This document shows positions 63,721 to 64,000 of a DNA stretch of 64,000 nt, in pieces. This stretch comes from Phoronis australis (taxonomy: Eukaryota > Animalia > Phoronida). The translations under genes and the position numbers were made by a program. Under the pieces are notes generated by a model. It was not told where the DNA came from and did not search any database. It worked only from the letters and a program-made list of their open reading frames with translations. The stretch lies in assembly GCA_002633005.1 (NCBI GenBank), contig NMRA01000012.1, forward strand, positions 2,049,992 to 2,113,991. The letters are read 5' to 3'. Each line of letters starts with the position of its first letter. The stretch's first letter is position 1.

Positions 63721-64000
63721 AACAATCAGAGTACAACATAAGTTGCACCTTTTTACTAGGATTTTTGGTGATGTAGAATGAAGACGTTTTATGTGGATGT
63801 GATCAACGTCATTATTCTAGGTCCTTAACAGCAGTTCTGATCAAACATCAAGAATCTAGCGTACAACTCTTTTGTGTTGTAAAAGCACGAAAATGACTTC
63901 AATTTGACTCAATTTTGACTCAATTTCAAATTTCCAGTGGTCATATAAGGTACAGTTACGATAACTATCAACCACTTTCAAATTTCATTAAATAACTTTT

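Overview
AT-rich, intron-rich eukaryotic genomic DNA, most likely a non-insect invertebrate animal (inferred from gene content and repeat types). There is no sign of prokaryotic operons, CRISPR or phage. I reconstructed four spliced protein-coding genes by hand with phase-consistent splice sites: (1) an 11-exon, 449-aa uncharacterised dynamin/EHD-superfamily P-loop NTPase with two C-terminal transmembrane helices (+, 10084-24826); (2) a 4-exon theta-class glutathione S-transferase (-, 27860-32747); (3) a 19-exon, ~1034-aa unconventional myosin XIX (+, 32926-58537), head-to-head with the GST across only 178 bp; (4) the last three exons of pescadillo/PES1 (-, 61840-63179, continuing beyond the window). 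Introns and intergenic DNA are rich in non-autonomous DNA transposons (TTAA-flanked Kolobok-like, TA-flanked pogo/Tigger-like, hAT-like and foldback elements), tRNA-derived SINE remnants, a decayed retroelement and tandem repeats. An assembly gap lies at 7960-8211. The best novelty candidates are the membrane-anchored dynamin-like NTPase, the foldback-flanked GST/MYO19 bidirectional promoter, and a KEN-box/CDK-site insertion in the MYO19 motor. Gene models are manual and not confirmed by transcripts.
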